Shown in pieces: positions 51,248 to 63,425 of a DNA stretch of 64,000 bases. The notes under the pieces are model-generated. The model ran no database searches. It was given only the letters and a program-made list of their open reading frames with translations, and was not told the DNA's origin. The stretch is from Octopus bimaculoides (Eukaryota). The stretch spans positions 36,936,388-37,000,387 of the forward strand of contig NC_069001.1 in NCBI RefSeq assembly GCF_001194135.2, written 5' to 3'. Both the position numbers and the translations under genes were made by a program. Each line of letters starts with the position of its first letter. The first letter of the stretch is position 1.

Positions 51248-51313
51248 TTATTACCGTCTGGTCAGCCTCTGGACCCAAATTCTAGTGAAGCTTCCCAGGA
51301 AAATCTTAAACAG
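51248..51313 (+). CDS. ATP13A1: ATP13A1 candidate 66-nt exon 3; LLPSGQPLDPNSSEASQENLKQ
   Basis: Acceptor TTTCTTTACAG|; 22 open codons in unique non-repeat sequence; donor CAG|GTTACT (weak); symmetric phase 0-0. Not supported by homology. Confidence 0.6.
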
Positions 51314-51443
51314 GTTACTACAATTTATGTTGTTTTTTTTTTATTCTATTTCTTTTTTTTTCTATCATTTGACCCCCTTAACCATTTAATTTCTTCTTAT
51401 TTGGGAAGAGATTTATTTTACTTCTTCTTCTCTCACACACACT

Positions 51444-51665
51444 TTGGCAGAAACGTTAGCACGCCAGGTGAAATGCTTAGGGGTATTTCGTCTGCCGCTA
51501 CGTTCTGAGTTCAAATTCCGCCGAGGTCGACTTTGCCTTTCATCCTTTCGGGGTCAATTAAATAAGTACCAGTTATGCACTGGGGTCGGTATTATCGACT
51601 TAATCCGTTTGTCTGTCCTTGTTTGTCCCCTCTGTGTGTAGCCCCTAGTGGGCAGTAAAGAAATA
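51444..51665 (+). mobile_element. SINE family B (GAGGTCGACTTTGCCTTTCATCCTTTCGGGGTC central block), young CpG-rich copy
   Basis: tRNA-like A/B boxes; other copies at 3700-5070 (cluster), 20395-20700, 27460-28043, 31045-31230, 63655-64000. Confidence 0.85.
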
Positions 51666-52238
51666 ACACACTTTGGTGTGATCAAATTCATGAAGTGTTT
51701 ATTTGAATGTAATGCAGATAATATAATAAATGGATATAAATTATATATAGATATTATATAGGTGTAGGCATGTGTGGTTATCTTCACTTCCTAACCATAT
51801 AGTTCCAGGTTCAGTCCTACTACATGGCATCTTGGGCAAGTTTCTTCTATTATAGCCCTGGGCCAACCAAAGCCTTTTGAGTGGATTTGGTAAACAGACA
51901 CAGGAAGAAGCCTATCATGTATACATAGGTGTGTCTGTCAGTCTCTGTATGTTGACGGAGGTTATGCTTCCGTGTCTTGATATTGTTTGATAGTTGTAAC
52001 GGTGATTCACTGTTATACAAGCAGTGTCACTAATTCCCAATCTTCCATGAAACCATGTCTTGCCATGGGGAAAATATTACCTTAAAAACAGATGATTGTT
52101 GGCAACTGGAAGAGCATCAGACAGTAGAAAATCTGCTTCAATGAATTCCATTTGACTCATGCAGTCCTTGAAAAATAGATGTTAAAATCATAATGACATA
52201 CATTCAGTGTAATAAGTTTTGTTTCTTTTGTCTTTTAG

Positions 52239-52426
52239 GCTAGTTTAAAAAAAGAGGCTTGGTTCTGGTTTCAAAAAACCAAGTATGTCTACAGTGCAGA
52301 TGAGAAGAAACAGTTTCTACCTCTCAACTTCCCTGTCGATTTGAGTATTAAACAGTTTTTGGAATGGAAGGGTTATCCTGACGAAGTTGAAATTAAAGCA
52401 GCTGAATACAAGTATGGAAAGAACAC
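52239..52426 (+). CDS. ATP13A1: ATP13A1 exon 4; ASLKKEAWFWFQKTKYVYSADEKKQFLPLNFP...KYGKN
   Basis: Acceptor TCTTTTAG|, donor AC|GTAAGT; FQKxKY..EKKQFLP..FP matches P5A proteins; phase 0-2. Confidence 0.93.
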
Positions 52427-52634
52427 GTAAGTAATTACTCAATTAATGAAATGAGGAGGGTGTACTCATCTGCATATTTAACGATGTCACTTTCTCCATG
52501 CTGGCATGGGTTGGACAAAACTACACATCTTTTATCTTTTACTTGTTTCAGTCATTAGACAGCAGCCATGTAGATAAATAGTTATTTTGCTGTTTCTAAC
52601 TCAACCTTCTCTTTTCTTTATTTTCACATTGTAG

Positions 52635-52863
52635 CATGGAAATGATTGTCCCTAAATTCATGGAATTATTTCAAGAAAGAGCTACAGCACCGTTCTTCAT
52701 CTTCCAAGTGTTTGGAGTTGCTCTGTGGAGTTTGGAAGAATACTGGTATTACAGTCTTTTCACTTTAATCATGTTGGTTGCGTTTGAAGCGACTCTCGTA
52801 CAACAACAACTCCGCAACATGACTGAAATACGGAAAATGGGTAACAAACCTTACATCATTCAG
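52635..52863 (+). CDS. ATP13A1: ATP13A1 exon 5; [26 protein letters not shown]...[13 protein letters not shown]
   Basis: Acceptor TTGTAG|, donor CAG|GTAAAT; APFFxFQVF/YWYYS TM1-2 motif; phase 2-0. Confidence 0.96.
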
Positions 52864-53772
52864 GTAAATTGATTCAGTTGTTTTGTTTTTTTTCTCTTTT
52901 TAACTGTGAAGAATGAAACTTAAAAACATAATTGTCCAAAGAAAAGGAAATTATTGATAAAACAAGTATGAATTCACCCTCACTCACCCCATCCCACAAA
53001 AAATAATTATATAAATCCTTAAACAGTTTAAATTAATAAAGTCAAATTTCAAATTAGGATATATGTATGTATACTGTATATTGTGCATGTGTGCTGGTAC
53101 TATGTAAAAAGCGCTGTGCTGGCACCAAGTAAAAAGTTCCCATGCTGGTGCCACATAAAAAGCACCCAGTACACACTCTAAAGTGGTTGGCATTATTAGG
53201 AAGGGCATCCAACCATAGAAACCATGACAAAACAGACAATTAGAGTCTGATGCAGTTCTCCAGCATGCCACCTCCTGTCAGACCGTCCAACCCATGCCTG
53301 CATGGAAAACAGACATTAAATGATGATGTGTGTATATGTTTGTCTGTTTTTTTTACATTTGTCACTGCTGGAAAAGATGGTATTTGTGCCCTGTGACTTA
53401 CTGGTACAGTAAATAGAAATCATCAAATTAAATACTAAGCGTAAAAAAGAAATAAGCTGCCCCAGCATGGCCGCAATCTAATGAGTGAACCAAGTACAAA
53501 AGTATTACCAAAGATGACACTCACTCCTCACAACATTCTATTTTGCATTAATTGAAGTTGTGGAATTGTCTTCCCTTCCTTTTTTCTTTTAACCAAAATA
53601 TGTATTTGAGATAATTTTTTCAACTCATTATAAATAGAATTTGACTTGATAAGAATCTCTCAGTTTCCCACGTTATATTAACAGTCAATTTACTAATTAC
53701 CATTTAATAATCTCTCACAATTTATTACCATTTGTCTTTGTCATTGATAAAAGTTCTGTTATTCTTTGGTAG

Positions 53773-53842
53773 GTTTACCGAAATAGGCGCTGGCGTGGAA
53801 TTTACAGTGATGAACTTCTTCCTGGAGACATCGTGTCCATAG
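53773..53842 (+). CDS. ATP13A1: ATP13A1 exon 6; VYRNRRWRGIYSDELLPGDIVSI
   Basis: Acceptor TTGGTAG|, donor AG|GTGTGT; LxPGDIVSI A-domain motif; phase 0-1. Confidence 0.95.
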
Positions 53843-54613
53843 GTGTGTTATTTGTAGTGTAGTTTTCGTGTATGCCATTGTTTTTGTATAGTTGCAGATC
53901 ATCTTTGATTTGACTTCCCCCATTGTTTTGTCATGTATGTGTATATGTGTATATAGCATGTCCATGCATGTATAATATATATATATATATATGTATGTAT
54001 GTAAGCAAGCATGTATGTATGTACAGTGTACATATGTTTATACATAGAGCTACATGTGCATATACATTGTGCNNNNNNNNNNNNNNNNNNNNNNNNNATA
54101 TATATATATATAATGTAAATGCAGGTGTGATTATATAATTGAGAAGCTTGCTTCCCAGCCATGTGGTTTGGGATTCAGTCCCACTGTGCAGCACCTTAGA
54201 CAAGTGTATTCTACAATAACCCCAGGCTAACCAAAGCCTTGTAAGTGGATTTGGTAGACAGAAACTGAAAGAAGCCCTGTTGTATGTATGTCTACTTTTG
54301 TCTTGATGTCAAGTGATGGTTGTATGTGCCCATTACCTCATATAAGCAGTACTTGCTTCTAATCTTCTGTGAAAAACATGTCTCTCCATAAAAAAATATC
54401 ATGTTACCTGGAAACAATTGAGGACTAGTAACAGGCAAGGAATTCCATCAGATCATGCGAGCATGGAAATGTAGACATTAAAGACAATGATGATAATGTA
54501 TGTATGTGTGTATATATTAGTCTCTTGTATTCAGCAGAGAGTATACCTTTATGAACTAGCAAGTCAACAGTTCAACTAGGACTCATTTTCTTTTGTTTTG
54601 TTCTTTTTCTTAG

Positions 54614-54720
54614 GGCGTACTCAAGATGAAAAACTTGTGCCTTGTGATTTACTGCTGTTACGTGGACCTTGTATTGTTGATGAGTCCATGTTAACTGGGG
54701 AGTCAGTACCAGTCATGAAA
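54614..54720 (+). CDS. ATP13A1: ATP13A1 exon 7; (G)[35 protein letters not shown]
   Basis: TGES actuator motif; acceptor TTCTTAG|, donor AAA|GTGAGT; phase 1-0. Confidence 0.97.
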
Positions 54721-54767
54721 GTGAGTAATCTAATGATTCTCTGCTGTTTTCTTTACAATTACTAAAC

Positions 54768-54810
<43 letters not shown>

Positions 54811-55008
54811 CTCTGGATTGACAAAGAAGAGAAAAATATTAAATGCATCTTGTAAAGTTTATTCATTTTTGGAAGCAGAGGTTTCACTCAGTCAGTATTC
54901 TGTGTTTAGTGGGAGACTCAGTAACGGAGTGAAATCCCAACCTTCAAATATATGACTATATATCAATGTTCTTATTTACTCTTTTATTTTTTTTTTATTC
55001 CTTTCTAG

Positions 55009-55141
55009 GAACCTGTTGAAAACTTGACTGACCACACTCATGTTTTCAACATTGAAACAGATGGTCAGCTGCATGTTTTGTATGGAGGGACAAAGGTTGT
55101 ACAGCATTCAGCACCAAGTAAAACAGCAGCTGGGCTAAAAT
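55009..55141 (+). CDS. ATP13A1: ATP13A1 exon 8; EPVENLTDHTHVFNIETDGQLHVLYGGTKVVQHSAPSKTAAGLK
   Basis: HVLYGGTKVVQH motif; acceptor TTTCTAG|, donor T|GTACGT; phase 0-1. Confidence 0.95.
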
Positions 55142-56042
55142 GTACGTATCGTTTCAATAAATTATATATTGAGCTTTTATATAAATTAATGTTAGCCTCA
55201 TTTCAGTGGAGTATGAGGCGTTTTGGCTCAGCCATTTTGGTGCCACCAATTCAATGCTGACTTATTTGGCATCAGATGTTCTAATTTTTCTCTCATTCTC
55301 TATCTTTCCCTCTCCCCGCTTCTCTCTCTCTCATGTGGTCGGCACCATGAAAAGGCATCCATGCCAGAGCCATGTAAAAAGGCACCTGTGCCAATGTCAC
55401 ATAAAAAGCACCCAGTACATTCTGTAAAGTGGTTAGCATTAATAGAAACCATACCAAAATATACTATTGGTGCGTGGTGAAGGCCTCTGGCTTACCAGTT
55501 CCTGTCAAGCTGTTAAACCCATGTCAACATGGAAAACAAACTTTAAATGATGATGTATATTTGTGTAAGTGTTTATGTCAATTGTGTTCAATTGATAAAT
55601 TGTAACATCTCTCTCTCCCCCTCTTGATCTCAACCTCTCTCTCTCCCTTTCACTCCCTGTCTGTGTGTGTGTATATTTTTGTGTACATCTATATTTGTGT
55701 ATGTGTGTGTGTGTGATTACCACCAGTGCCAAAAACTACTGTTGCCCAAATCAGATTGAATGTCCAGTGAACCATGCTACATCAACATCCAAACAGCCAC
55801 CCACCCAATTGTCTCATTTTGCATTTCAATTAATTACAAACATAGTTTTTAAATAACTTCATTTATTTTTTCTTTCCATTTTTTTCCCCCCAAAATTACA
55901 AAGACATATAGGGCTGGTGTCTATGTATATCATGTTACGTAACAGTATGAGAGTTCCAATTATGTCCTCAAATATAGCTCTCATTGCTTACCCTTGTTTC
56001 ACTTTACAAAGTAACAGATTTCTCCATGTTCTATTGTTTCAG

Positions 56043-56222
56043 GTGACAATATGTGCATCGCCTATGTGCTACACCACAGCTTTAACACCTCTCAGGGTAA
56101 ACTTCTCCGAACCATCTTATACGGCACCAAGCATTTAACTGCAAATAACTTAGAAACCTTTTTCTTCATCCTCTTTTTGCTGTTCTTTGCAATCATAGCT
56201 GCTGCTTATGTATGGGTTTATG
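56043..56222 (+). CDS. ATP13A1: ATP13A1 exon 9; (C)[46 protein letters not shown]...WVY
   Basis: [13 protein letters not shown] / TANNLET motifs; acceptor GTTTCAG|, donor G|GTAAAA; phase 1-1. Confidence 0.95.
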
Positions 56223-56506
56223 GTAAAAAAAACAATTTAATACATTTCTCTTTTTTCTTTCTTTCTTTCTTTTTTCTATTTCATGTATTGAGCATGGTTC
56301 CAAGTTCAATTCCACCATTTGGCACCTTGGGCAAGTCCATTACTTAACTTTGTAGCCAATTATACTTTTTTGTGCCCCAAAAATCTAAAGAGAATCAAAC
56401 ATTATTTCTACCAAATAAAATATTTCTCACTTTCTTTCTCTTCTTATCTTTCTCTCTTTCCTTTTCTGTCTCTCTCATCTTGCCTCTCTTTCATGTTCTT
56501 TTATAG

Positions 56507-56644
56507 GAACAATGGATCCTGATAGAAACAGATACAAGTTATTCTTGGAATGTGCAATAATCTTGACTTCGGTCGTTCCACCAGAACTACCAATAGAATT
56601 ATCTCTTGCAGTCAACACCTCACTGTTGGCTCTTATTAAATTCA
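56507..56644 (+). CDS. ATP13A1: ATP13A1 exon 10; (G)[45 protein letters not shown]
   Basis: P5A-specific PPELP TM4 motif; canonical splice sites; phase 1-1. Confidence 0.97.
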
Positions 56645-57443
56645 GTAAGTTGTTTTATAGTTGTAATTTTTAAAAATTTAATTTACTTTTTATATAACTA
56701 ATGGTAAATATTGATTTCTTAACATAGACAGGCATGGCTACATGGTTAAAATGTTCACTTTGCAATCATGGGATTTCAAGTTCTGTCCCACTGTGCAGCA
56801 CCTTGGGCAATTGGCTTCTAGTATAGTCCTGGGCTGGCTAATGCTTTGTGAGTGGATTTGTCAGTAGATAAAAACTGTAAAAAGCCTGTTGCATGTGTTT
56901 GTGAAAGTGTGTGTCTTCCTTTTGTCTTGAATTCAGTTAACTGAAGGCAAACTCACCTTCATACAAAGAGTCATTTGTTTGTAATCTTCTATGAAAACAT
57001 GTCTACACATTGAGCTGTTTGTTGTTCAAGGGATTGGGGGGAAATATTACCTTACTTGGAAACAGGTGAGGTTTGGCAACAGGAAAAGCTTTTGGCAATT
57101 AAAAACCTATTTCAAGTTCTATCTAACTCATGCAAGCATGGAAAAGTGGATATTAAAACGATAATACACAAGACATTGTTTTTGTGTATTGGATCTAGTG
57201 GATTACCAAACTAGTACTTAACCCTGGAAAGATAAGACAAAGCTGACCTCCATTGGAGTTGAACTCAGAATGTAACAGGTCGTAAACTAAATACAACATT
57301 GCATTTTTTGTCCAACACACCAACAATCCACACCTAAAAAGGCCTTCTCCTCACCCCCCTCTCTCTCTCTCCCATTACAAACCTCATTATTAAAAATATC
57401 TCCAAGAATGTCTTCATGAATTTTATTTCTTGCCTCTTCCCAG

Positions 57444-57564
57444 ATATATATTGTACAGAACCTTTCCGAATTCCATCTGCTGGGAAACTGGACATCTGCT
57501 GTTTCGACAAAACTGGGACACTGACCAGCGATTGTTTAGTTGTTGAAGGAGTGGCTGGACTAAA
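57444..57564 (+). CDS. ATP13A1: ATP13A1 exon 11; (N)[39 protein letters not shown]
   Basis: DKTGT phosphorylation motif at 57506-57520; canonical splice sites; phase 1-2. Confidence 0.98.
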
Positions 57565-57619
57565 GTAAGATTCCTTTTTCTTCTTTTTTTACCTTTTTAA
57601 TATGATTATTTTCAGAGTT

Positions 57620-57790
57620 GAAGGCACATGACTCAGTGGTTAGAGCATTGAACTTACGACCATGAGGTTGTGAGTTCGATTCCCAGATCAGGCTGCGTGT
57701 TGTGTTCTTGAGCAAGACACTTTATTTCACATTGCTCCTGTTCACTCAGCTGTAGAAATGAGTTGCGATGTCACTGGTGCCAAGCAGTAT
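57620..57790 (+). mobile_element. SINE family D (tRNA-derived head GGCACATGACTCAGTGGTTAGAGC...GAGTTCGATTCC); antisense copy at ~22400-22600
   Basis: A/B-box-like head followed by TTCTTGAGCAAGACACTTTATTTCACATTGCTCC, which is shared between copies. Confidence 0.7.
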
Positions 57791-58034
57791 CTTTTTAAAA
57801 TGTTCGTATTTAAGTTAAATTCTTCCATCATAATTACATTTCTATTTTCAGTTATGTTTCAAATGCCTGAATTTAAATTATCCAACTAAATCCTCAAATT
57901 CTTGATCATTTTCAAACCTGAGATCCAAGCAGTCATTATGAAATACCAATATTGCATCACTGTTACTGTTTAACTGGTTGAAACATGTATTTATCAGTTT
58001 CCACTTGAAATCTTTCATTTTCATCTGACCTCAA

Positions 58035-58127
<93 letters not shown>

Positions 58128-58300
58128 TAGATAGATAACTGAAGCATGCATATATACATATATATTTTTGATTGTCATATTTGTTGCTATAACAACAAAA
58201 ACTATATGCATGCCCTAACTACACAAATTATTTCAGTCATTGCTTTTCATAATGATGAATTTATCCGTTTTTTTTATTTTTTATCTCTTTTGCATTGAAG

Positions 58301-58452
58301 TGGTAAAAAGTTAGTTCCGACTCTTTCATCACCAATAACAACCAACCAGGTTCTGGCTACGTGCCACTCTCTGGTTCAAATGGAAGACGAACTTATTGGG
58401 GATCCTCTGGAAAAAGCTACTCTCTCTGCCGTTGAGTGGAAATTAACAAGGA
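58301..58452 (+). CDS. ATP13A1: ATP13A1 exon 12; (N)GKKLVPTLSSPITTNQVLATCHSLVQMEDELIGDPLEKATLSAVEWKLTR
   Basis: LAxCHSL and GDPLEKA motifs; donor A|GTGAGT; phase 2-1. Confidence 0.96.
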
Positions 58453-58522
58453 GTGAGTTACAGATTTCTTTATATGACCCCCTAAAACTGTTTGAATCTT
58501 TCTTTAGAGCATTTGTAATTAA

Positions 58523-58737
58523 CCCTTTAGCATTCAGTTAACGATGTCAAATGTAATGCTTATTTATTCACATTGTTTTGAATCAATCAGACATCATTTC
58601 ATAGCTTTGAGATTTCATTGATGTGATTCTTTATCTTTAGAATGACATTGTTGGGTAGGTGTGATAGGCTGGATCTGGGTTGAACATAAAGCAGGTAGAA
58701 TATATGGGCTGGATGTAGCCAGTTTAAATGCTAAGGG
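58523..58737. mobile_element. Second piggyBac-type MITE family (TTAA|CCCTTTAGCAT...ATGCTAAAGGG|TTAA); partial copies at ~900-1040, 19370-19530, 50290-50500, 60300-60394
   Basis: Shared internal sequence (tttagaatgacattgtagggtaggtgtgagagg) and TTAA-CCC ends. Confidence 0.7.
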
Positions 58738-59277
58738 TAAAAGGAAATGTGGGGAATTTTATTCAAGCTATGTGCAATTATTTGAAAATAACCTACAGAT
58801 TGATATTACTGCTGTTTAGTTCACATCTGTTGGTTAAGAAGCTCACTTTGAAACCATGTGGTTTTGGGTTCGGTCCCACTGTGTGGCATCTTGGGCTAGT
58901 GTCTTTTACTTCTGCTCCAGATCAACCGATGCCTTGTGAGTGAATTTGGTAGATGAAACTGTGTGGAAGCCGGCCATGTGTGTGTATTTGCCCCAGTCCC
59001 TGACCCCCAGTGTTTGTTTATGCATTTGTAACTTAGCAGCTCAACAAAAGAGACTGATAGAACAAGTACCGGACTTTAGAAAATAAGTTTTGGGTCAATT
59101 TGTTCAACTAACATCCTTCGAGGTATTGCCTCAGGATGACCATTGTCCAGTGAGAGAAACAAGATAAACCACACACACACAGTGATGAGTGATTTATTAT
59201 AGCTATAAATGTTGTTCAAATCAGGTATATTAGGACGCATATGATATATGTAAACATGGTGAATCATGTCTTTACAG

Positions 59278-59450
59278 ATGATGCTGTAATACCAACGAAA
59301 ATAAAAACCCATGGATTGAAGATCTTCCAGCGTTTCCATTTCTCCAGTGCACTGAAAAGAATGTCTGTGATAGCCGGTTACTCTGCCACTGCTGGTGAGA
59401 CGGAATACATTGCCACTGTCAAAGGAGCACCAGAAACCCTTAAAGCTATG
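59278..59450 (+). CDS. ATP13A1: ATP13A1 exon 13; (N)[30 protein letters not shown]...[11 protein letters not shown]
   Basis: [13 protein letters not shown] and KGAPE N-domain motifs; phase 1-0. Confidence 0.97.
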
Positions 59451-60026
59451 GTAAGTGAATAAGATTAGTAGTTGAAAATGCATCCAATACACTCCGTAAT
59501 GTGGTCAGTGAATGAGTGGAGACACCATGGACTCCAGAGAACCCTAGTCTCATCTTAAAAGAATGTGATATTTGAGGGGTGAGTTATGTTTGCAAGCAGC
59601 AGGGGCATCAGAGCATCCAGTATGATGCCTTGTGGTATTTGAGCTGAGCCTTTCTGTTCTCAATTCAAGTCCTGTCAATATCGACTTTGCTATTCATCCT
59701 TTTGAAGTTAATAAAAAAAATGTATATATTAGTCCAGAACACTGGATTGGTGGCATTTTATGTATGTTGAACCATATGCCTTGAAGTTCTGAGTTCAAAC
59801 CCAGCCATGGATCTTAAATTTAATTGAGATTTATGTGGCTCTAGGCAGGTTGGTACCAGAAGGATTATTCTCCCTGAAAAGGTTCTAGCCCAGGCCCTGC
59901 ACATGTACAGAGCCTCCTCAGAAGTCTTTTTCTTTTTACATTTTTTTTTTGTAATGACTCAAGTTGGTGTTTATAATGTTTAATATCACTCAATATTGTA
60001 TCATGCTATTTTATTTTTATTTTCAG

Positions 60027-60137
60027 TTTCAAAATCCACCAAAAGACTATGATGAAGTTTATTTGGCTATGGCTAGAAGAGGAGCTCGAGTTTTGGCTTT
60101 GGGCCACAAGACTATTGGGGTTCTGACTCACCAACAG
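60027..60137 (+). CDS. ATP13A1: ATP13A1 exon 14; FQNPPKDYDEVYLAMARRGARVLALGHKTIGVLTHQQ
   Basis: GARVLALG motif; canonical splice sites; phase 0-0. Confidence 0.96.
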
Positions 60138-60469
60138 GTATATGTTACCCTTTGTAGTGTTATTCTTACATTTCTTTGATGTTACAATAATATATATAGC
60201 AAAATCGATATATATATATGTATTCATCTGTATGATATTGATGTACTATTGCCATACCTCCATCTTCGCTAAGGCGGAGGTAATGATGACATCATTGGAA
60301 TTTCAAAGCTAAGACATAATGCATGTTTAATTCAAAACCATGGGAATAAATAAGCATTGCATTTGACCGAGTAATCTGAATGCTAAAGGGTTAAGGGAAT
60401 AAATATTGTTGCTTTATGTTTCTTGTAGCTTTGTGACTATTGTTTGTTTGTTGTTTCTTTCTTGAAAAG

Positions 60470-60595
60470 GTGCGAGAACTGACCCGAGAGGCTGCAGAAT
60501 GCAATTTAGAGTTTGCTGGATTTGTCATCATTTCCTGCCCACTGAAGACTGACTCTCATGCGGTTATCAAAGAAATTCAACAGTCATCTCATCAT
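60470..60595 (+). CDS. ATP13A1: ATP13A1 exon 15; [42 protein letters not shown]
   Basis: LxFxGFxxxSCPLKxDS motif; donor CAT|GTACGT; phase 0-0. Confidence 0.95.
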
Positions 60596-62174
60596 GTACG
60601 TGTTGTCATCATCGTCTTTTATCTTTTACTTGTTTCAGTCATTGAACTACACCTGTGCTGGATTACTGCCCTGAAAGGTTCCTTTCTAGTGGAACAAATC
60701 TACGTAAAGTCTGGTATTTATTCTATCAGTTTCTTTTGCTGAACTGCTAAGTTACAAGAACATAAACAAAACGGTGCTGGTTGTCAAACAATGTGAGGGA
60801 CGAACAGACACACACACACATACAATGAGCTTCCACACGTTTTCCATCTACCAAATTCACTCTCAAGGTATTGGACAGCTCAAAGATTTAATGGAAGACA
60901 CTTGCCTTTTGAACTTGATGGGATCTGGTTCCCTCTGAGTGCCTTTCATCCTTTTGTGGTGGGTTGACAGAATTAAGGACCACTCTTGGACAGGAAGTGG
61001 AGTGATTAGTGTTAGATAGGATGCTTTATGGTGTTTGTTTGTTTGTTTGTTTTTTGTGTGTTCAAACTTTGCCAGGCCTACATGTTGGGTACACTTAATG
61101 TGTCACCCAGTTTAATACCACCACCACCTGGTCCCTGGGTATCTTTACAGGCCTGCTCGCTTGTAAATAGTCAGACCAAGCATTCTGTTGAAGGATAACT
61201 CTCTCCTGTCTTCTTGCTGGTCTCAGAGACCCTTAAAAAGAGTCATGAGCTCTGCTTTTCCCTGTTGACTCAGCGATAAAATACAAAAAAGAAGTACCTT
61301 GCAGTTTTGAGTTACAGCCTTTACATTCTAAGTTCAAATCCTGCTTAGGTCAACTTTATCCTTCATCCATCTTGAACAATCGATAATATAAAGTACCAGT
61401 CAAACACTAATGGTCAGTTTAAATGACTTTCTCATTCCCACCAAAATTTCCAGCCTCATACATATACACACACATATGCACAATCATCATCATCATGTCC
61501 ACTCTTCCATGCTAGTATGGGTCAGATGGAATTTATTGAGGCAGATTTTCAATGGCCAATGCTCACCTTTCTCCAAGTGAGATAATATTTCCCCATGGCT
61601 AGACATATTGTCTTGAGAGTGTGTGGGAGATTGGAAATAAATGACACCACTTGCATGACTGTGACACTTGTTTACAACTATTCCTAAACACATTGCCACA
61701 GGCGTGTGTGTGTGTGTGTGTGTGTTTATATGTATGAAGGGCTGCTGCTAAGATCCTGGCTTTGGCTAAGAGAAAATACAGGAGGATTTTATTCAACATA
61801 TCCCCCTCTCGGGTTTAAAAACTTATTGCAGCAGTCTTTCAGTTTTTCTAAGCCCTGTAAAAGAACCAGGCCTTTTGTGATATCCTTAAAGCCAGGAACT
61901 TTACAAATCCACTCAAAAGACTTTGATCAATCTGTGGCTGTAAAACACACTTGCCCACTGTGCCATGCAGTGGGACTGAACCAGGACCCATGTGGTTGGA
62001 AAGCAAACTTCTTAACCACATATCCACATCTGCACTTATCACGCACAGTATGATTTTTCAAACAACTAAATACATTGAGCAATTTTTTTTTATTTTCTTT
62101 TATGTATTCATAATGAAATATCATCTTCTTTTCCAAAGTTCTCTTTTTCTCTCTGTTGTGTCCATCTTCTGTAG

Positions 62175-62283
62175 GTGGTTATGATTACTGGGGACAACCC
62201 ATTAACAGCTTGCCACGTCGCTCAAGAGTTGAGAATCACTCAAAGTGAACACACACTCGTACTACAACCTCCCAACGTTCACT
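62175..62283 (+). CDS. ATP13A1: ATP13A1 exon 16; [36 protein letters not shown]
   Basis: [11 protein letters not shown]-domain motif; phase 0-1. Confidence 0.97.
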
Positions 62284-63052
62284 GTAAGTTGTTTTTTGGT
62301 TTGGAGGATTTTTCATCTCAAAATGTTTGGGGGGTTTTTTTGTTTGTTTTTTTTTCTGTAGGGATGGGTGATTAAACTAAATTTACAATTTTTTTTTCAG
62401 TAATTGTTTTTAATAACGGGTCATCCCAATTAGGCTAGCAATTACTAATTGAATATAAAGTAATTAAGAATAGCAATTTTATTATTTTTAAATATATTTG
62501 TCTTCATTACATTTCAATCAGTTTGGTCTGATTGTCACAAGGAGTTCTGTTCCTGAATAAATAATGTATATATATATATATATATGTATATATCATCATC
62601 ATCATCGTTTAACATCCATTTTCCATGCTGGCATGGGTTGAACGGTTTCACTGAAGTCTGGAGAGACAGCGGCTGTACCAGGATCCAATCTGATCTGGCA
62701 ATGTTTCTACAGCTGGATGCCCTTCCTAACACCAACCATTCCAAGAGTGTAGTGGGTGTTTTTTACATGCCACCAGCACAGGAGCCAGTTCGGATAGTGC
62801 TTTTTACGTTCTGCTGGCATGGGGGCCAGTCAGGGGGTACTGGCATCGGCCACATTTGGATGGTGCTTTTTACATGCCACCGGTACAGGAGCCAGTCAGG
62901 CAGACCTGTCATTGGCCACATTCGGATGGTGCTTTTTACATACCACCAGCGCGGGAGCCAGTCAGTGGGCACTGACCACAGCTACAATATTGGTTTTACT
63001 TCTCAAGCATATCATTTCGCACAATGCATCAGGGGTATTCTTAACTGGACTG

Positions 63053-63099
<47 letters not shown>

Positions 63100-63318
63100 T
63101 CCCAGACTGGGTTTTAATTGATAACCTTTATTTCTAAATTTAGGGTAATTATGTTACCCACTTGACCAGCAGTTCCCTAACTTATATTTGGCATGTAACC
63201 ATCATCATTGTTAAGCATTCATCTTCGCAAAACTCATTGAAACATTTTAGAAAATCACTTTGTGATGTTCAGGAATCACCTAACTTTTACCTTCTCTTTT
63301 CTTTTTACTCTTTTACAG

Positions 63319-63425
63319 CTGATGTATGGCACTGGCAGTCGATTGATGATACTTTGATTTTTAATTTAGGAATGGAAAACTTGCGGAAACTGATAAAGGA
63401 GTATGATTTGTGTATTACTGGTCAG
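63319..63425 (+). CDS. ATP13A1: ATP13A1 exon 17; (S)DVWHWQSIDDTLIFNLGMENLRKLIKEYDLCITGQ; gene continues beyond window
   Basis: WxSID and LCxTG match P5A proteins; donor CAG|GTAATG; phase 1-0. Confidence 0.93.

Noticed and set aside
57620-57690. tRNA-like sequence (also the heads of families A and B)
   Set aside because: A/B boxes are present but there is no complete cloverleaf, and each continues into shared SINE body sequence.
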